From Candidatus Poribacteria bacterium (lineage in GTDB: Bacteria > Poribacteria > WGA-4E > WGA-3G), in contig OZ243938.1 in assembly GCA_965214095.1 (NCBI GenBank), positions 1-64,000 of the forward strand: a stretch of 64,000 bases of DNA, written 5' to 3'. The notes under the pieces are model-generated. The model searched no databases. It saw only the letters and a program-made list of their open reading frames with translations, and was not told the DNA's origin. Position numbers and translations under genes: made by a program. Below, one piece after another: positions 40,802 to 50,767 of the stretch (positions are counted from its first letter, which is position 1; each line of letters begins with the position of its first letter).

Positions 40802-41656
40802 TTATAGTCCAGCGTTTTGCCACACCTGATTGAGAGAGTCCGCAGTTGTTTTCGCAGCTTCTGCCGGTTCCATCTCACCAACCTTTTTACTGAATGGTTC
40901 GGGAGTTACAGGACCATCGTATCCAATGTCATTTAGAATTTGCATCAATTCTGTCAGTGGAATTACTCCTGTTTCTGCTGGGAGACATCTAATATTGTCA
41001 ATCTGTTCATCTGGATCAATCCCTGCAGGGGCATCGTTGATATGGACATACACAACATCAGAGGCAGACAGTTTACGCACATCGTCAACTGTAGAACGAC
41101 ATGTATACCAGTGCCACGTATCAAACAGTAAACCAACGTTTCCTGTTCCGATAGCAGCAGCGAGACCTAACATCGCATCCATTGTATATGCAAAGAGATG
41201 TTTTGCCCCTTTGCGGCTTGTTGCAGGTCCGATAAATTCCAAACCGATTGAATGTCCATAATCATTTAGGATTTCTGCTACACCGCGAAGTCTCTTGACA
41301 GAGAAATCCCAATTCTTTTGAAATGTCATATCGTTAGATGCTGGACCAACTACTGTCGTTGTGCGGAAGCAACCGAGTTCTGCAGCGAGTTCAGCTCGCG
41401 CAGGTAATTGCGCCAAACCGGAATAATAATCAGCATCTGAGCCGCGCCAATTTACACCAAACCCCCAACCACCCATAGCAATACCAGCAGAATTCCACAT
41501 ATCCTTTACATAGTCAACTGAGTGTTCCTCTGCAAGTTGATGTGCTTCACCAATATTCAGATCAAGTCCTTCAAATCCTGCTTCTTTTGCTAATGCTAAC
41601 CCTTCAGTCATATTCGCTCGGATGCCGATAGCACCCGTACTTAGATTTCGGAACAT
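40802..41656 (-). CDS. Sugar-phosphate isomerase/epimerase (TIM barrel)
   Basis: GLEF, GLLFDTWHW, VHIND, GYDGPVTPE. Confidence 0.85.
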   Translation of the reverse strand: MFRNLSTGAIGIRANMTEGLALAKEAGFEGLDLNIGEAHQLAEEHSVDYVKDMWNSAGIAMGGWGFGVNWRGSDADYYSGLAQLPARAELAAELGCFRTTTVVGPASNDMTFQKNWDFSVKRLRGVAEILNDYGHSIGLEFIGPATSRKGAKHLFAYTMDAMLGLAAAIGTGNVGLLFDTWHWYTCRSTVDDVRKLSASDVVYVHINDAPAGIDPDEQIDNIRCLPAETGVIPLTELMQILNDIGYDGPVTPEPFSKKVGEMEPAEAAKTTADSLNQVWQNAGL

Positions 41657-41705
41657 ATTTTCTCCTATTTCTATCAGATGTGTAAGACTATCAGATTATA
41701 TAAGA

Positions 41706-42413
41706 TCACTTTTCTCCACGAACAACCTTTGCGGCAACTGCCCACGGATAGTCATTGTCCTCTGCCTTCGCATCACGATAAGTTGGAATCCATACCCACC
41801 TTTCTGCCCCTGAACGGTTCGGGTGACTCGAATGGAGCGTTAGGTCATGAAAAAAGACAGCTCCTCCTGCTTCCAATTCTGCAGTGATAGCTTTGGTTTC
41901 ATCAACAGCATCAGGTTTTAATCGGTTACCAAACCCGTGACCATCACTCGCATCACCATCGTGAACAATTGCAGATTTGTGGGAACCAGGAAACAACTTC
42001 AGACACCCATTTCCAACATTCGCATCATCAAGAGCAACCCAAAGGGAGTATTTGTGTGCACCGTGCCAATAGTGCCAATCTTGGTGCCACGGACTAGCAA
42101 AGGTCATCGATTCACTCTTGAAAACAACTTTATCACTCAAAAATTCAATATCTGGTGAAAGTATTTCAGCTAAAATATCAAGTATCCTTTTATCTGCAAT
42201 AGCTTCTTGAAAGACTGAACTTTGTGTTGCCAAACCGACGTGAACACCGTGTCCAGCAACCGATCCGGTTTCTTTCCTAACTTTCTCCAAAATATCAATA
42301 CATTCTAATTTCAGTCCTTGCACCTCGTCTCTGTTAAAAAGATTCGGAACAATTGCAAAACCTGTTTGATTGAAATCATCGCGTAATGTTGTCAAATCAA
42401 GCTTCATATTCAA
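41706..42413 (-). CDS. Phytanoyl-CoA dioxygenase (PhyH) family Fe/2OG enzyme
   Basis: PWHQD, WVALDDA, NGCL, PGSH, LHSSHPNRS...R. Confidence 0.9.
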   Translation of the reverse strand: MNMKLDLTTLRDDFNQTGFAIVPNLFNRDEVQGLKLECIDILEKVRKETGSVAGHGVHVGLATQSSVFQEAIADKRILDILAEILSPDIEFLSDKVVFKSESMTFASPWHQDWHYWHGAHKYSLWVALDDANVGNGCLKLFPGSHKSAIVHDGDASDGHGFGNRLKPDAVDETKAITAELEAGGAVFFHDLTLHSSHPNRSGAERWVWIPTYRDAKAEDNDYPWAVAAKVVRGEK

Positions 42414-43474
42414 TCCACCTCAAGATGTACCTCACGTCCAGTTTCACCACTTTTGAGTAAGCCTTCCATCATTCTTTGAACAATGAGACCGTGTCGTAAA
42501 GGTGCTTTACATTCGGCACCATCCAGTATACATGCAATAAAATGGTCAGCAATTGCATCCCATGCTTCATTATATTTACTTTTTAGTAATTTTATATCAA
42601 TATCTTCAAAATCACCCTTCACATTTGTTCTGTATGCTTTTAATGGACTCAGAGTTGCTCCTGCTTCGGTTCCGAATATTTCTATCTGAAACTCGCCAGG
42701 TTGGTGTGATGCCCAGAAACTTTCAACTTGTAGACCAACACTATTTTCAAATGTAATGAATCCGCCAGCATAATCATCAGAATCATATTTCTCATAAGTT
42801 TCTTTTGGTGCTTTTGCGTTGTTCCAATAACCGAGCCCGCGCGGTCCAAACTTTGCACCTGCAGCACCGAGAACAGAGATAGGTTTGGGCATACCCATTA
42901 TCCACCAGACAGAATCAAGCACGTGAACACCCATATCTCTAAATGCACCGCCGCCTTTCTGAATGAATCCAAGATTCCACGCGGGGATGCCGCTTCTTCG
43001 GACACTTCGTGCACGTGCATAGTATATCTCTCCGAAATAGTCATCGCGTGAGAGTTTTCCGAGATGTTGGCAGCTATGACCGAACCGCGTGGAAAGAGAC
43101 ATCATGTTGACGACTCCAGCAGATTCTGCTTCCTTAACCAATTTTTCTGCAGCTTCTTCAGAATCAGCAAGCGGCTTAGTAACCATAACGTGCTTACCGT
43201 TTCGAACCGCTTCTAATGCTATCGGAACGTGCCATTGATTCGGTGTTCCGACAAAAACTGCATCAATATCTGATGCTTTACACATCTCTTTATAATCAGT
43301 ATATAGTTTGACTTTACCGGGCAAATCCTTTGCAAAACCTTCCATTCGATTCTTGTCAAGGTCACATAATGCAACGACTTTGCCTCTTGTATTTCGTGAC
43401 AATGCTGCTCCGTTTGGTCTACCTATTCCCATCCCGACAACAGCAACTTTAACTTGTTTATTAGATGATGCCAT
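42410..43474 (-). CDS. Gfo/Idh/MocA-family oxidoreductase
   Basis: VAVVGMGIG, GTPNQWH, GKHVMVTKP, GGGAFRDMGVH. Confidence 0.9.
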   Translation of the reverse strand: MASSNKQVKVAVVGMGIGRPNGAALSRNTRGKVVALCDLDKNRMEGFAKDLPGKVKLYTDYKEMCKASDIDAVFVGTPNQWHVPIALEAVRNGKHVMVTKPLADSEEAAEKLVKEAESAGVVNMMSLSTRFGHSCQHLGKLSRDDYFGEIYYARARSVRRSGIPAWNLGFIQKGGGAFRDMGVHVLDSVWWIMGMPKPISVLGAAGAKFGPRGLGYWNNAKAPKETYEKYDSDDYAGGFITFENSVGLQVESFWASHQPGEFQIEIFGTEAGATLSPLKAYRTNVKGDFEDIDIKLLKSKYNEAWDAIADHFIACILDGAECKAPLRHGLIVQRMMEGLLKSGETGREVHLEVD

Positions 43475-43505
43475 AGTTTATATGCTCCAATTGTATATTT
43501 GTTAG

Positions 43506-44072
43506 TTAATATGGTCTGCCAAATCTGTTTAATACTGGACTCACATCGTTTTTGACAGTTTTGATTGTTTTGAGATATGCCCAAATGGCTTTAAGATCCG
43601 TATCGGTCATCTGTGCATAATGCTTAGAAGGCATTGGTGGAAATATCTTACGATTGTCTTTATTCCCTTGATGATGTCCTGTCCGCATAGCATCTATGAA
43701 CATCTTCTCTGTCCACTCTCCCAATCCAGTTTCTTTATCAGGTGTTAAATTCGTGGCGAAACTTGTACCAAACGGTCCTGAGAACGCACTTAATTGTGGC
43801 GATACTAAAAGGAAAATCCCTTGTTGCATCATACTGAAATCATACTTAGGAAAAGAGTCGTTTTCTGGATGTCCAGCAAGGTATTTGGTCATATCGTAGT
43901 CTGCACCTGCACGTGGTGTATGGCAATGTCCACATGCAGCAACCGCATCAACAAGGTATTTACCACGTTCTACCATGTCATCTTGACTTTCAACTGAACG
44001 GGAATAGATAATGATGATTAATGATATAATTACTACCATTAACCCGCTAATAGTTAGTTTTCGATACATCAT
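43506..44072 (-). CDS. Monoheme c-type cytochrome
   Basis: N-terminal signal/TM, ERGKYL, CGHCH, NLTPD.ETGLG.W, PPMP distal Met. Confidence 0.88.
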   Translation of the reverse strand: MMYRKLTISGLMVVIISLIIIIYSRSVESQDDMVERGKYLVDAVAACGHCHTPRAGADYDMTKYLAGHPENDSFPKYDFSMMQQGIFLLVSPQLSAFSGPFGTSFATNLTPDKETGLGEWTEKMFIDAMRTGHHQGNKDNRKIFPPMPSKHYAQMTDTDLKAIWAYLKTIKTVKNDVSPVLNRFGRPY

Positions 44073-44140
44073 TTTCTCCTATTATTCAAAACTTGTTTCA
44101 TATTGATAGTAATTTAGCATTTTGAGTATAATGATTCAAT

Positions 44141-44167
44141 AAAAAAAGCGCGGTAAAATACCGCGCT
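44141..44167 (-). terminator. Rho-independent terminator of the TonB receptor gene
   Basis: AGCGCGGTA/TACCGCGCT stem followed by a T run on the minus strand. Confidence 0.85.
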
Positions 44168-44195
44168 AATGATTTCAAATGACTAATTCAATTAA

Positions 44196-46967
44196 TTAGA
44201 AACTATAATTCAACTTGGCGTAGTAAAGACCACCGTTGAAACCGAAAGGTGCGGATCTTCTGGAATATGTGAATACACCGGGAGAATCAACAATGACTGT
44301 TCCCGCTCCATCAATCAACTCACCACCACGTGATTGACCAATTTTATTTTCATCAGGAACTTGATCAAAGAGATTATTTGCACCTATGGTCAGAGACAAG
44401 CCTTCATTTAACTTATAGTTGGTTTGGAGATCAGTTAGCCATTTTCCACCGTAAGTTTGCCTTGCAGGATCATCTCCACTTCCTTCTTGAACTGTGTATT
44501 CACCAAAGTAACGGAGTGCTCCGCCAATCGTTAGGTCACCAATGATATAATCAGCACTGAAATTGATCCGTGTATTCGGTTGCCATTCTTCTATCATCGA
44601 CCGTTCTTGTGATGGGAAAAGAGTGTCTTTAAGATTTACCAGAATCTCAGGAGCTTCCACATCACCGATTACTTCTGTATCAGCGAATGTGAATGCAAGT
44701 TTCAAATTCAGAAGCGTTTCATTTTCAAATGCATGTAGATATCCAGCTGCAACATCTACACCTTGCGTCCGTGTTTGTGCGACATTTGTGAAGACCTGTG
44801 CACTATTCGCACCAGCTTCCTCCAAACCTTCAACATCATCGGCACTAAATGTACCACTAAGTACAATACGGTCATCTATCTGAATAAGGAATCCATCAAC
44901 GGTAAACCATAACTTCTCAACAGGTTTTAAGACAACACCACCAGAAACATTAAATGCTGTTTCCTCTTTTAATTCAGGAATACCTAGAGCGCGGGCAGCA
45001 TCGCTATCATTTCTGAATGTTCCTACTTCAAGCGGTATAAGTTCACCAGATGCTTCATCAAGCTTGAATTGTGTGCTGATGTTATTGAAGTAGAGTTGCT
45101 GTAGTGAGGGTGCTCGGAAACCAGTACTTCCTGCAGCACGCACAGCAATTTGAGTATTTATATCATAGCGTGCAGTTGCTTTACCTGTAAGGGTTGTGCC
45201 AAAATCACTGTACTGTTCACCACGCACAGCAGCACCAACAAGTACCCCACTACCGGGTTGTCCACTTAGATACGACTCAAAGTCAAGGTATCCAGCGATA
45301 TTCGTTCTGTTTTCATCCACTTCGTTTTCTGGTTTGAATCCAGGAAAAACCTGAATGCCTGCGGCTGCACCATCAATACCGAGTCCGGCATCAATATATG
45401 AAACCATTTCACCTGCATGAATTCCGTAGCCTTCACGGCGAAATTCTACACCACCTGCAAGGTTGATGAGAGATGATTGATACTCAAGCGGATAAGAAAC
45501 ATCAAGGTTAAATGCCGTATGCGAAAGTTCAAATCCTCCTGCTTCAGCAGAGATTGGACTTGCTGCTCCATAAGATGCATTCATAGAGTTAGAAATGAAA
45601 AAGTCAAATGTATTCAAACCGTGATTGACACTGACATCAACATTCAGATCTGTTGCATCGTGTGTCCAATCCGCACCTAATGCAAGTGAAACATCTTCAA
45701 TGTCTGTGTTAATTTCTGGTAGAAAACCGTCAGGATAGATATCTGTGACAGTGCGTTCTGCTTGGTTTGCTCTTCGATAGAAACCCGCACTGTTGTTTTG
45801 ACGCGTGGAATATCCTCCGAAGGAATACAATTCCATATTTCCTATGATCGGTAATCCAAAGTTGTAAAATCCAACTTTTTGCGATGAATCTGCATCACCG
45901 ATACGGAAGTTTTGACGGTCAAATGTATACTCACGGGAGTCAAACCATACTGGTTTTTCTTCAATTACGTTTCCTTCATCATCTGTTATTTCAATTGTGT
46001 TGTCTGCAGCTCTACCAGGATCTTCTTCTACCCAATCGTATTGACGTGTTCCCGTAAGACCTGCTCGGTTTGTGCGGTATCTATCGCGCCATTCTGCAGT
46101 CAGATTGAGAAATCCATCTGTGCCTACTCTCATACCGTAGTTAGCATTTCCATTCCACGTATCACCATCGCCTTCGTAAGTTTGCCCCCAATACAAGTTT
46201 GCATCACCTGTGTCAACATCATCCTTTAGAATAATGTTAATGACACCTGCAATGGCATCAGAACCGTATTGTGCAGCAGCTCCATCACGTAGCACCTCAA
46301 TTCGTTTGATTGCAGATGACGGGATGGCATTGTAATCTGTTCCTGCTGTTCCACGACCTACAGATGTGTTGACATGTAGCAACGCGCTTTTATGCCGGCG
46401 TTTACCGTTAATTAATACTAATGTCTGGTCCGGACCTAAGCCTCTCAGCGTTGCAGGTCGTAAGGCATCTGTTCCATCACTAATAGATGAACTTGAAAAA
46501 TTGAATGATGGGACTAACATCTGTATAATTCGGCCTGTCTCGGATTGACCAGTAAGACTCAGTTGTTCTCTTTCAACTACATCAATCGGTACAGGTGCTT
46601 GTAATGCACGACGACCAATACTCCGTGTACCTACTACAACGACTGACTCTACAGTTTGAATAGGTGCAAGCATTATTGTCAGTTCTGTCTGTCCAGCACT
46701 AATATTCACACGTCTTGCGGCATAACCGATGGCAGATATTTCAACGGACTGTGCGCCTGTTACATCGCTGAATGTAGCTGCACCGTTATCATCTGTTGTT
46801 TGCTCTTCTCCTCCAATTATTACCTTTGCTGACGATATCGCATTCTCATTCTGATCTTTAACGACCACTTTCAATGAGTCAGCACTTGCTGTCAAAGGTA
46901 TTACTGATATACAGCCAACTATCATTAAGACTGCATACCATAAATACCTATAATTAGAAATCTTCAT
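44196..46967 (-). CDS. TonB-dependent outer-membrane receptor
   Basis: Signal peptide, N-terminal extension, VVVVGTR, plug (LRGLGPDQTLVLINGKR, IEVLRDGAAAQYGSDAIAGVINI), GANNLFD, terminal YAKLNYSF. Confidence 0.93.
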   Translation of the reverse strand: MKISNYRYLWYAVLMIVGCISVIPLTASADSLKVVVKDQNENAISSAKVIIGGEEQTTDDNGAATFSDVTGAQSVEISAIGYAARRVNISAGQTELTIMLAPIQTVESVVVVGTRSIGRRALQAPVPIDVVEREQLSLTGQSETGRIIQMLVPSFNFSSSSISDGTDALRPATLRGLGPDQTLVLINGKRRHKSALLHVNTSVGRGTAGTDYNAIPSSAIKRIEVLRDGAAAQYGSDAIAGVINIILKDDVDTGDANLYWGQTYEGDGDTWNGNANYGMRVGTDGFLNLTAEWRDRYRTNRAGLTGTRQYDWVEEDPGRAADNTIEITDDEGNVIEEKPVWFDSREYTFDRQNFRIGDADSSQKVGFYNFGLPIIGNMELYSFGGYSTRQNNSAGFYRRANQAERTVTDIYPDGFLPEINTDIEDVSLALGADWTHDATDLNVDVSVNHGLNTFDFFISNSMNASYGAASPISAEAGGFELSHTAFNLDVSYPLEYQSSLINLAGGVEFRREGYGIHAGEMVSYIDAGLGIDGAAAGIQVFPGFKPENEVDENRTNIAGYLDFESYLSGQPGSGVLVGAAVRGEQYSDFGTTLTGKATARYDINTQIAVRAAGSTGFRAPSLQQLYFNNISTQFKLDEASGELIPLEVGTFRNDSDAARALGIPELKEETAFNVSGGVVLKPVEKLWFTVDGFLIQIDDRIVLSGTFSADDVEGLEEAGANSAQVFTNVAQTRTQGVDVAAGYLHAFENETLLNLKLAFTFADTEVIGDVEAPEILVNLKDTLFPSQERSMIEEWQPNTRINFSADYIIGDLTIGGALRYFGEYTVQEGSGDDPARQTYGGKWLTDLQTNYKLNEGLSLTIGANNLFDQVPDENKIGQSRGGELIDGAGTVIVDSPGVFTYSRRSAPFGFNGGLYYAKLNYSF

Positions 46968-47181
46968 ACATTTGCTCCTTAGGAAATGTTATTTAAATAT
47001 GAGTTTATTTTTATAAATAGATATTTTGTGATGAATCCCTGAAATTCAACATATATCTATATTTCTTGTAAATATTATGAACGAAATAAAATACAAATGC
47101 AAATCTAAATGAATTTTATACTAAAGTCTGATTTGATATTATTCACATACGTTAGGCAGGTTGTGGGTTTGTATTCCTTTT

Positions 47182-47363
47182 TGTCTGAACCAGGATTTGC
47201 AGGATTAGTAGATTTCCAGGATTAGAGTTTGAGCAGTCAAAGTGTTGTTGTCATAATAAGTTTTTCTGTTGCTACTATCAGACTCATTTTTTATATTGAG
47301 AATGCAACATAGATGAGGTGTAATCCTGTGAACCCTATAATCCTGTCCAGCCTGGTTCAGACA
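47182..47363. repeat. Long imperfect inverted repeat built from CAGGATT units (MITE-like)
   Basis: TGTCTGAACCAGG (47182-47194) vs CCTGGTTCAGACA (47351-47363) perfect 13 bp; arms of about 43 bp with periodic CAGGATT/AATCCTG. Confidence 0.75.
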
Positions 47364-47487
47364 GGTGACAAAAACTTTACATCCTATATTACCAGGCATA
47401 TTACCTACGATGTTGAATACCGCATTGATGTGTGATATAATTCGTCAAATCTAAATGGATATATCTTGACCGATTTTGGAGGACTAT

Positions 47488-49035
47488 GTGACATTTGACA
47501 CGATTATTACAAATGGAACTATAGTTGACGGTACAGGAAAACAGGAACCTTATGTAGCAGACATCGGAATACAAAATGATACAATTATAGATATTGGTGA
47601 CCTCAGTCATGTTGATTCATCTCAAAGTATTTCTGCTGATGGACAAATTGTTTGTCCAGGGTTTGTAGATGTTCATGTGCATTCTGAAATCTCTTTGCTT
47701 GGTGGACGTGATCAGTATGCACCGCTCATGCAAGGTGTCACAACACATCTCGCTGCTCCGGATGGATTTGGTTGGGCACCGTTGTCGCCACAACTTGCAC
47801 AGGAATTCTGGCACTATACACAATTTGCTTATGGAGACGCGCAGGTAGCACTCAATTGGCAAACACCTGACGAATACCTCAGTATATTTGACGGGAATAT
47901 ACCTGCAAACCTATACCCGCAAGTGCCACATTGTGCAGTAAGACTTCGTGCAATGGGATGGGATGCACGACCTGCAACTTCGGATGAGTTAAAACTAATG
48001 GAAAAAACCACTCGTGAATGGCTTGATGCAGGAGCATGTTGTCTCTGTTTAGGTCTCGACTATCAACCCTCTGCAAATGCTGATTTGAACGAGTTGGTTT
48101 ATCTCTCTAAGGTTGCCGCAAGTTACGATGCCATATACGCTGCACATATCCGATACCAACTCATCGGACGTAAAGCTGCGTGGGAGGAAACTATAGAGAT
48201 CGCTCAGCAAGCAGAGATCCCCGTACATATTTCACATGAGAGAGTCAACTCTGAATCCGCAGAGGTGCTTGAACGGGTTGATCGCGAAGATATAGATTTG
48301 ACCTTTGAATCTTATCTATATCCTGCAGGAATGACACACCTTGCGATGTTATTACCGATGGAATTTCAAACTGGCACACCCGATGATATGTTAGCTAATT
48401 TGGAAAACAGTGATGTTAAAAATAAATCACTACCATATCTCCAACAAAAGTTAGGACAAGGGAATCAAATTGTTGGTTATAACAAGTCTGGCAGATACAT
48501 CGGCAAGTTACTATCAGAAGCAGCGGAAAGTGAAGATAAATCTTATGAAGAATTCGCGTATGATTTTATCAAAGATGAATTGGCAATTGAGACCTTTATG
48601 ATGCCGTGGACAACGCCTCCTGAGGAAAATGAAAAGGTATTAGACCGAACTGCTTCCCACCCTCGTATGATGATTGCTAGTGATGGTGTCTATAACATTC
48701 CACATCCACATCCCCGTAGCTACGGGTGTTTCGTACAATATCTCGGTAAATTCGTCCGTGAACGAAAGTTGGTTTCTATGAAAGAGGCAATATACAAGAT
48801 GAGTGGATTCCCCGCAGAAAGATTCCGCCTATCTGATCGTGGTAAGATAGCAAAAGGTCTTGCTGCCGACATAGTCGTATTCGATCCAGATACCGTCGCA
48901 GATCGGTCCACATGGTTTGATCCCGTGCAAACTCCTATTGGTGTCAACTGGGTATTTGTCAATGGCGTTGCAGTTATTGAAAATGGCAACGTAACGGGTG
49001 AACTTCCCGGCAAAGTTCTACGAAAAGGACGATAG
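47488..49035 (+). CDS. N-acyl-D-amino-acid deacylase (D-aminoacylase) family
   Basis: PGFVDVHVHS, HIR, HISH, IASDG, HPRSYG, ADIVVFDP; GTG start after GGAGG. Confidence 0.9.
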   Translation: MTFDTIITNGTIVDGTGKQEPYVADIGIQNDTIIDIGDLSHVDSSQSISADGQIVCPGFVDVHVHSEISLLGGRDQYAPLMQGVTTHLAAPDGFGWAPLSPQLAQEFWHYTQFAYGDAQVALNWQTPDEYLSIFDGNIPANLYPQVPHCAVRLRAMGWDARPATSDELKLMEKTTREWLDAGACCLCLGLDYQPSANADLNELVYLSKVAASYDAIYAAHIRYQLIGRKAAWEETIEIAQQAEIPVHISHERVNSESAEVLERVDREDIDLTFESYLYPAGMTHLAMLLPMEFQTGTPDDMLANLENSDVKNKSLPYLQQKLGQGNQIVGYNKSGRYIGKLLSEAAESEDKSYEEFAYDFIKDELAIETFMMPWTTPPEENEKVLDRTASHPRMMIASDGVYNIPHPHPRSYGCFVQYLGKFVRERKLVSMKEAIYKMSGFPAERFRLSDRGKIAKGLAADIVVFDPDTVADRSTWFDPVQTPIGVNWVFVNGVAVIENGNVTGELPGKVLRKGR

Positions 49036-49059
49036 AATCCTAACTGAGAGGATATTTCT

Positions 49060-50505
49060 GTGGAAAACTATGATTTGACTATTATCGGTGGCGGGAGTGC
49101 GGGACTTGTGCTGGCAGTTGCTGGCGCAAAGCTTGGAAAAAAGACCGCACTCATTGAGAAACACCGAATCGGAGGGGATTGTCTTTGGACAGGATGTGTG
49201 CCTTCTAAAGCATTACTTAAAGCAGCGAAGGTAGCAAACTACATACAGAATGCAGATAAATATGGAATAAGTACCTATGAAACGAAATCAAATTGGCAAA
49301 GAGTTATGGACTATGTCCGAAGTACACAACACGTCATTGAAGATGAACATGATAACCCTGAACGATTCAGAGAAATGGGGGTTGACGTCATCTTTGGCGA
49401 TGGACAATTTGAATCACGCGATACCTTTGTTGTAGAAGATAAAGAAAATGGACAGACAAGACAGTTAAAAAGCAAGAGATATGTAATTTCCACCGGTTCT
49501 CGTCCACTGGCACCACCGATACCCGGTTTGGATGAATGTGGTTATCTTGACAGTGAAAATGTATGGGAATTAGAAGAACTGCCAGAAAGATTGCTTGTGA
49601 TTGGCGCAGGCCCCATCGGGATAGAATTGGGACAAGCTTTCCATCGACTCGGTTCCAAGGTTACTATAGCACAACGAAGTGACCGTATCCTAACAAAAGA
49701 GGATGCAGATGTATCAGAAAAGATGCAACAATACCTGACATCTGGCGGAATTTGCATACGATTATATACTGAAATAACTATGGTAGAGAAACATGAAAAC
49801 GGTGTCAAAGTATCGTTCTTACATAGTTCACTACCAGATTCCAACGAAGATAACATAGAGGTGTTTGACAAAATACTGGTTGCTGCAGGTCGTGCACCAA
49901 ATATAGAAGGTTTAGGATTAGAAAATATCGGGGTTAAGATTGGTAAAAACGGTATTGTTGTAAATGACCAACTACAGACACATGTGAAAAACATATTTGC
50001 TGCAGGAGATGTGATTGGACATTATCTATTTACACATGTTGCAGCATTTCAGGCACAACTTCTCGTACGAAATTTCCTGTTACCTTTTCCTAAAAAGATA
50101 GATTATTCAGTTGTACCTTGGACTACGTTTTGTGATCCAGAGATTGCAAGATGTGGATTGACAGAGTTACAGGCACGCGCACAATATGGTGATGTTGATG
50201 TGTTTAGGTTAGAACAAAAGGACGTTGACAGAGCCGTTGCGGAGGGTGAAACACTGGGATTTTCAAAGGTAATCGCAACGAAATGGCGTGGGAAGATTGT
50301 AGGTGTACACCTTGTTGGGACAAGTGCTGGCGAGGTAATACATGAGTATGTTCTGGCAATGCAAGAAGGAATTCCATTACGGAAGTTGGGTGGTATGATG
50401 CATGTCTATCCTACATATTCTACAAGTGTATGGAGGGTCACTGCAAAATGGTTGTCAGAAGGGTCGTTAGTCAAATCTCTACGGAAGATTGTTGGAGCTG
50501 GATAA
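49060..50505 (+). CDS. Class I pyridine nucleotide-disulfide oxidoreductase (Lpd/MerA-like)
   Basis: GGGSAG, GGDCLWTGCVPSK redox disulfide, GAGPIG, AAGD, HVYPT; no MerA C-terminal Cys pair. Confidence 0.88.
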   Translation: MENYDLTIIGGGSAGLVLAVAGAKLGKKTALIEKHRIGGDCLWTGCVPSKALLKAAKVANYIQNADKYGISTYETKSNWQRVMDYVRSTQHVIEDEHDNPERFREMGVDVIFGDGQFESRDTFVVEDKENGQTRQLKSKRYVISTGSRPLAPPIPGLDECGYLDSENVWELEELPERLLVIGAGPIGIELGQAFHRLGSKVTIAQRSDRILTKEDADVSEKMQQYLTSGGICIRLYTEITMVEKHENGVKVSFLHSSLPDSNEDNIEVFDKILVAAGRAPNIEGLGLENIGVKIGKNGIVVNDQLQTHVKNIFAAGDVIGHYLFTHVAAFQAQLLVRNFLLPFPKKIDYSVVPWTTFCDPEIARCGLTELQARAQYGDVDVFRLEQKDVDRAVAEGETLGFSKVIATKWRGKIVGVHLVGTSAGEVIHEYVLAMQEGIPLRKLGGMMHVYPTYSTSVWRVTAKWLSEGSLVKSLRKIVGAG

Positions 50506-50533
50506 GGATTAAATGTATATAAGGTTTAGCTGT

Positions 50534-50655
50534 AAAAGAAATTGAGTCGGAAAAATGCAGCCGGTTTAGAATTCTCAGGGTTTCTAACCTAACACAATGA
50601 CAACTAACAGTTGTGCATAAATATGACTGCTATTCCGACTCACCTAAGGAGGCAT
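50534..50655 (-). ncRNA. Candidate structured small RNA with 5' anti-Shine-Dalgarno sequence
   Basis: 10-bp perfect outer stem (50543-50552 / 50633-50642), second helix with a G-U pair only on the minus strand, two inner hairpins, 5' CCUCCUUA, 3' U-rich tail. Confidence 0.55.
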
Positions 50656-50666
50656 ATTTCCTTATT

Positions 50667-50683
50667 AGCAATTTCTATGCTAA
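50667..50683 (-). promoter_or_regulatory. Near-consensus sigma54 -24/-12 promoter (or palindromic operator)
   Basis: Minus strand TTAGCATAGAAATTGCT has exact TGGCA-N6-TTGC spacing with AG in place of GG; also a TTAGCA-N7-TGCTAA palindrome. Confidence 0.4.
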
Positions 50684-50767
50684 CAAAAAGGATATGATTT
50701 TAGTAAGTGTAGATATTATATGTCTAATTTTTGCACACCTATGATGGAAATTTAGACATTGTATCCT

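Noticed and set aside
47095-47114. Fur-box-like AAATGCAAATCTAAATGAAT upstream of the TonB receptor
   Set aside because: Weak match in very AT-rich DNA; cannot be told from background without a PWM scan.
47205-47399. 64-aa minus-strand ORF in the TonB/D-aminoacylase intergenic region
   Set aside because: Reads through the inverted-repeat arms and has no recognisable motif.
49060-50505. merA mercury reductase
   Set aside because: No N-terminal HMA domain, no C-terminal Cys pair and no mer genes nearby.
50645-50697. Small plus-strand peptide behind the perfect TAAGGAGG
   Set aside because: No ATG/GTG/TTG at normal spacing; the nearest ATG is about 25 nt away and opens only 6 codons.
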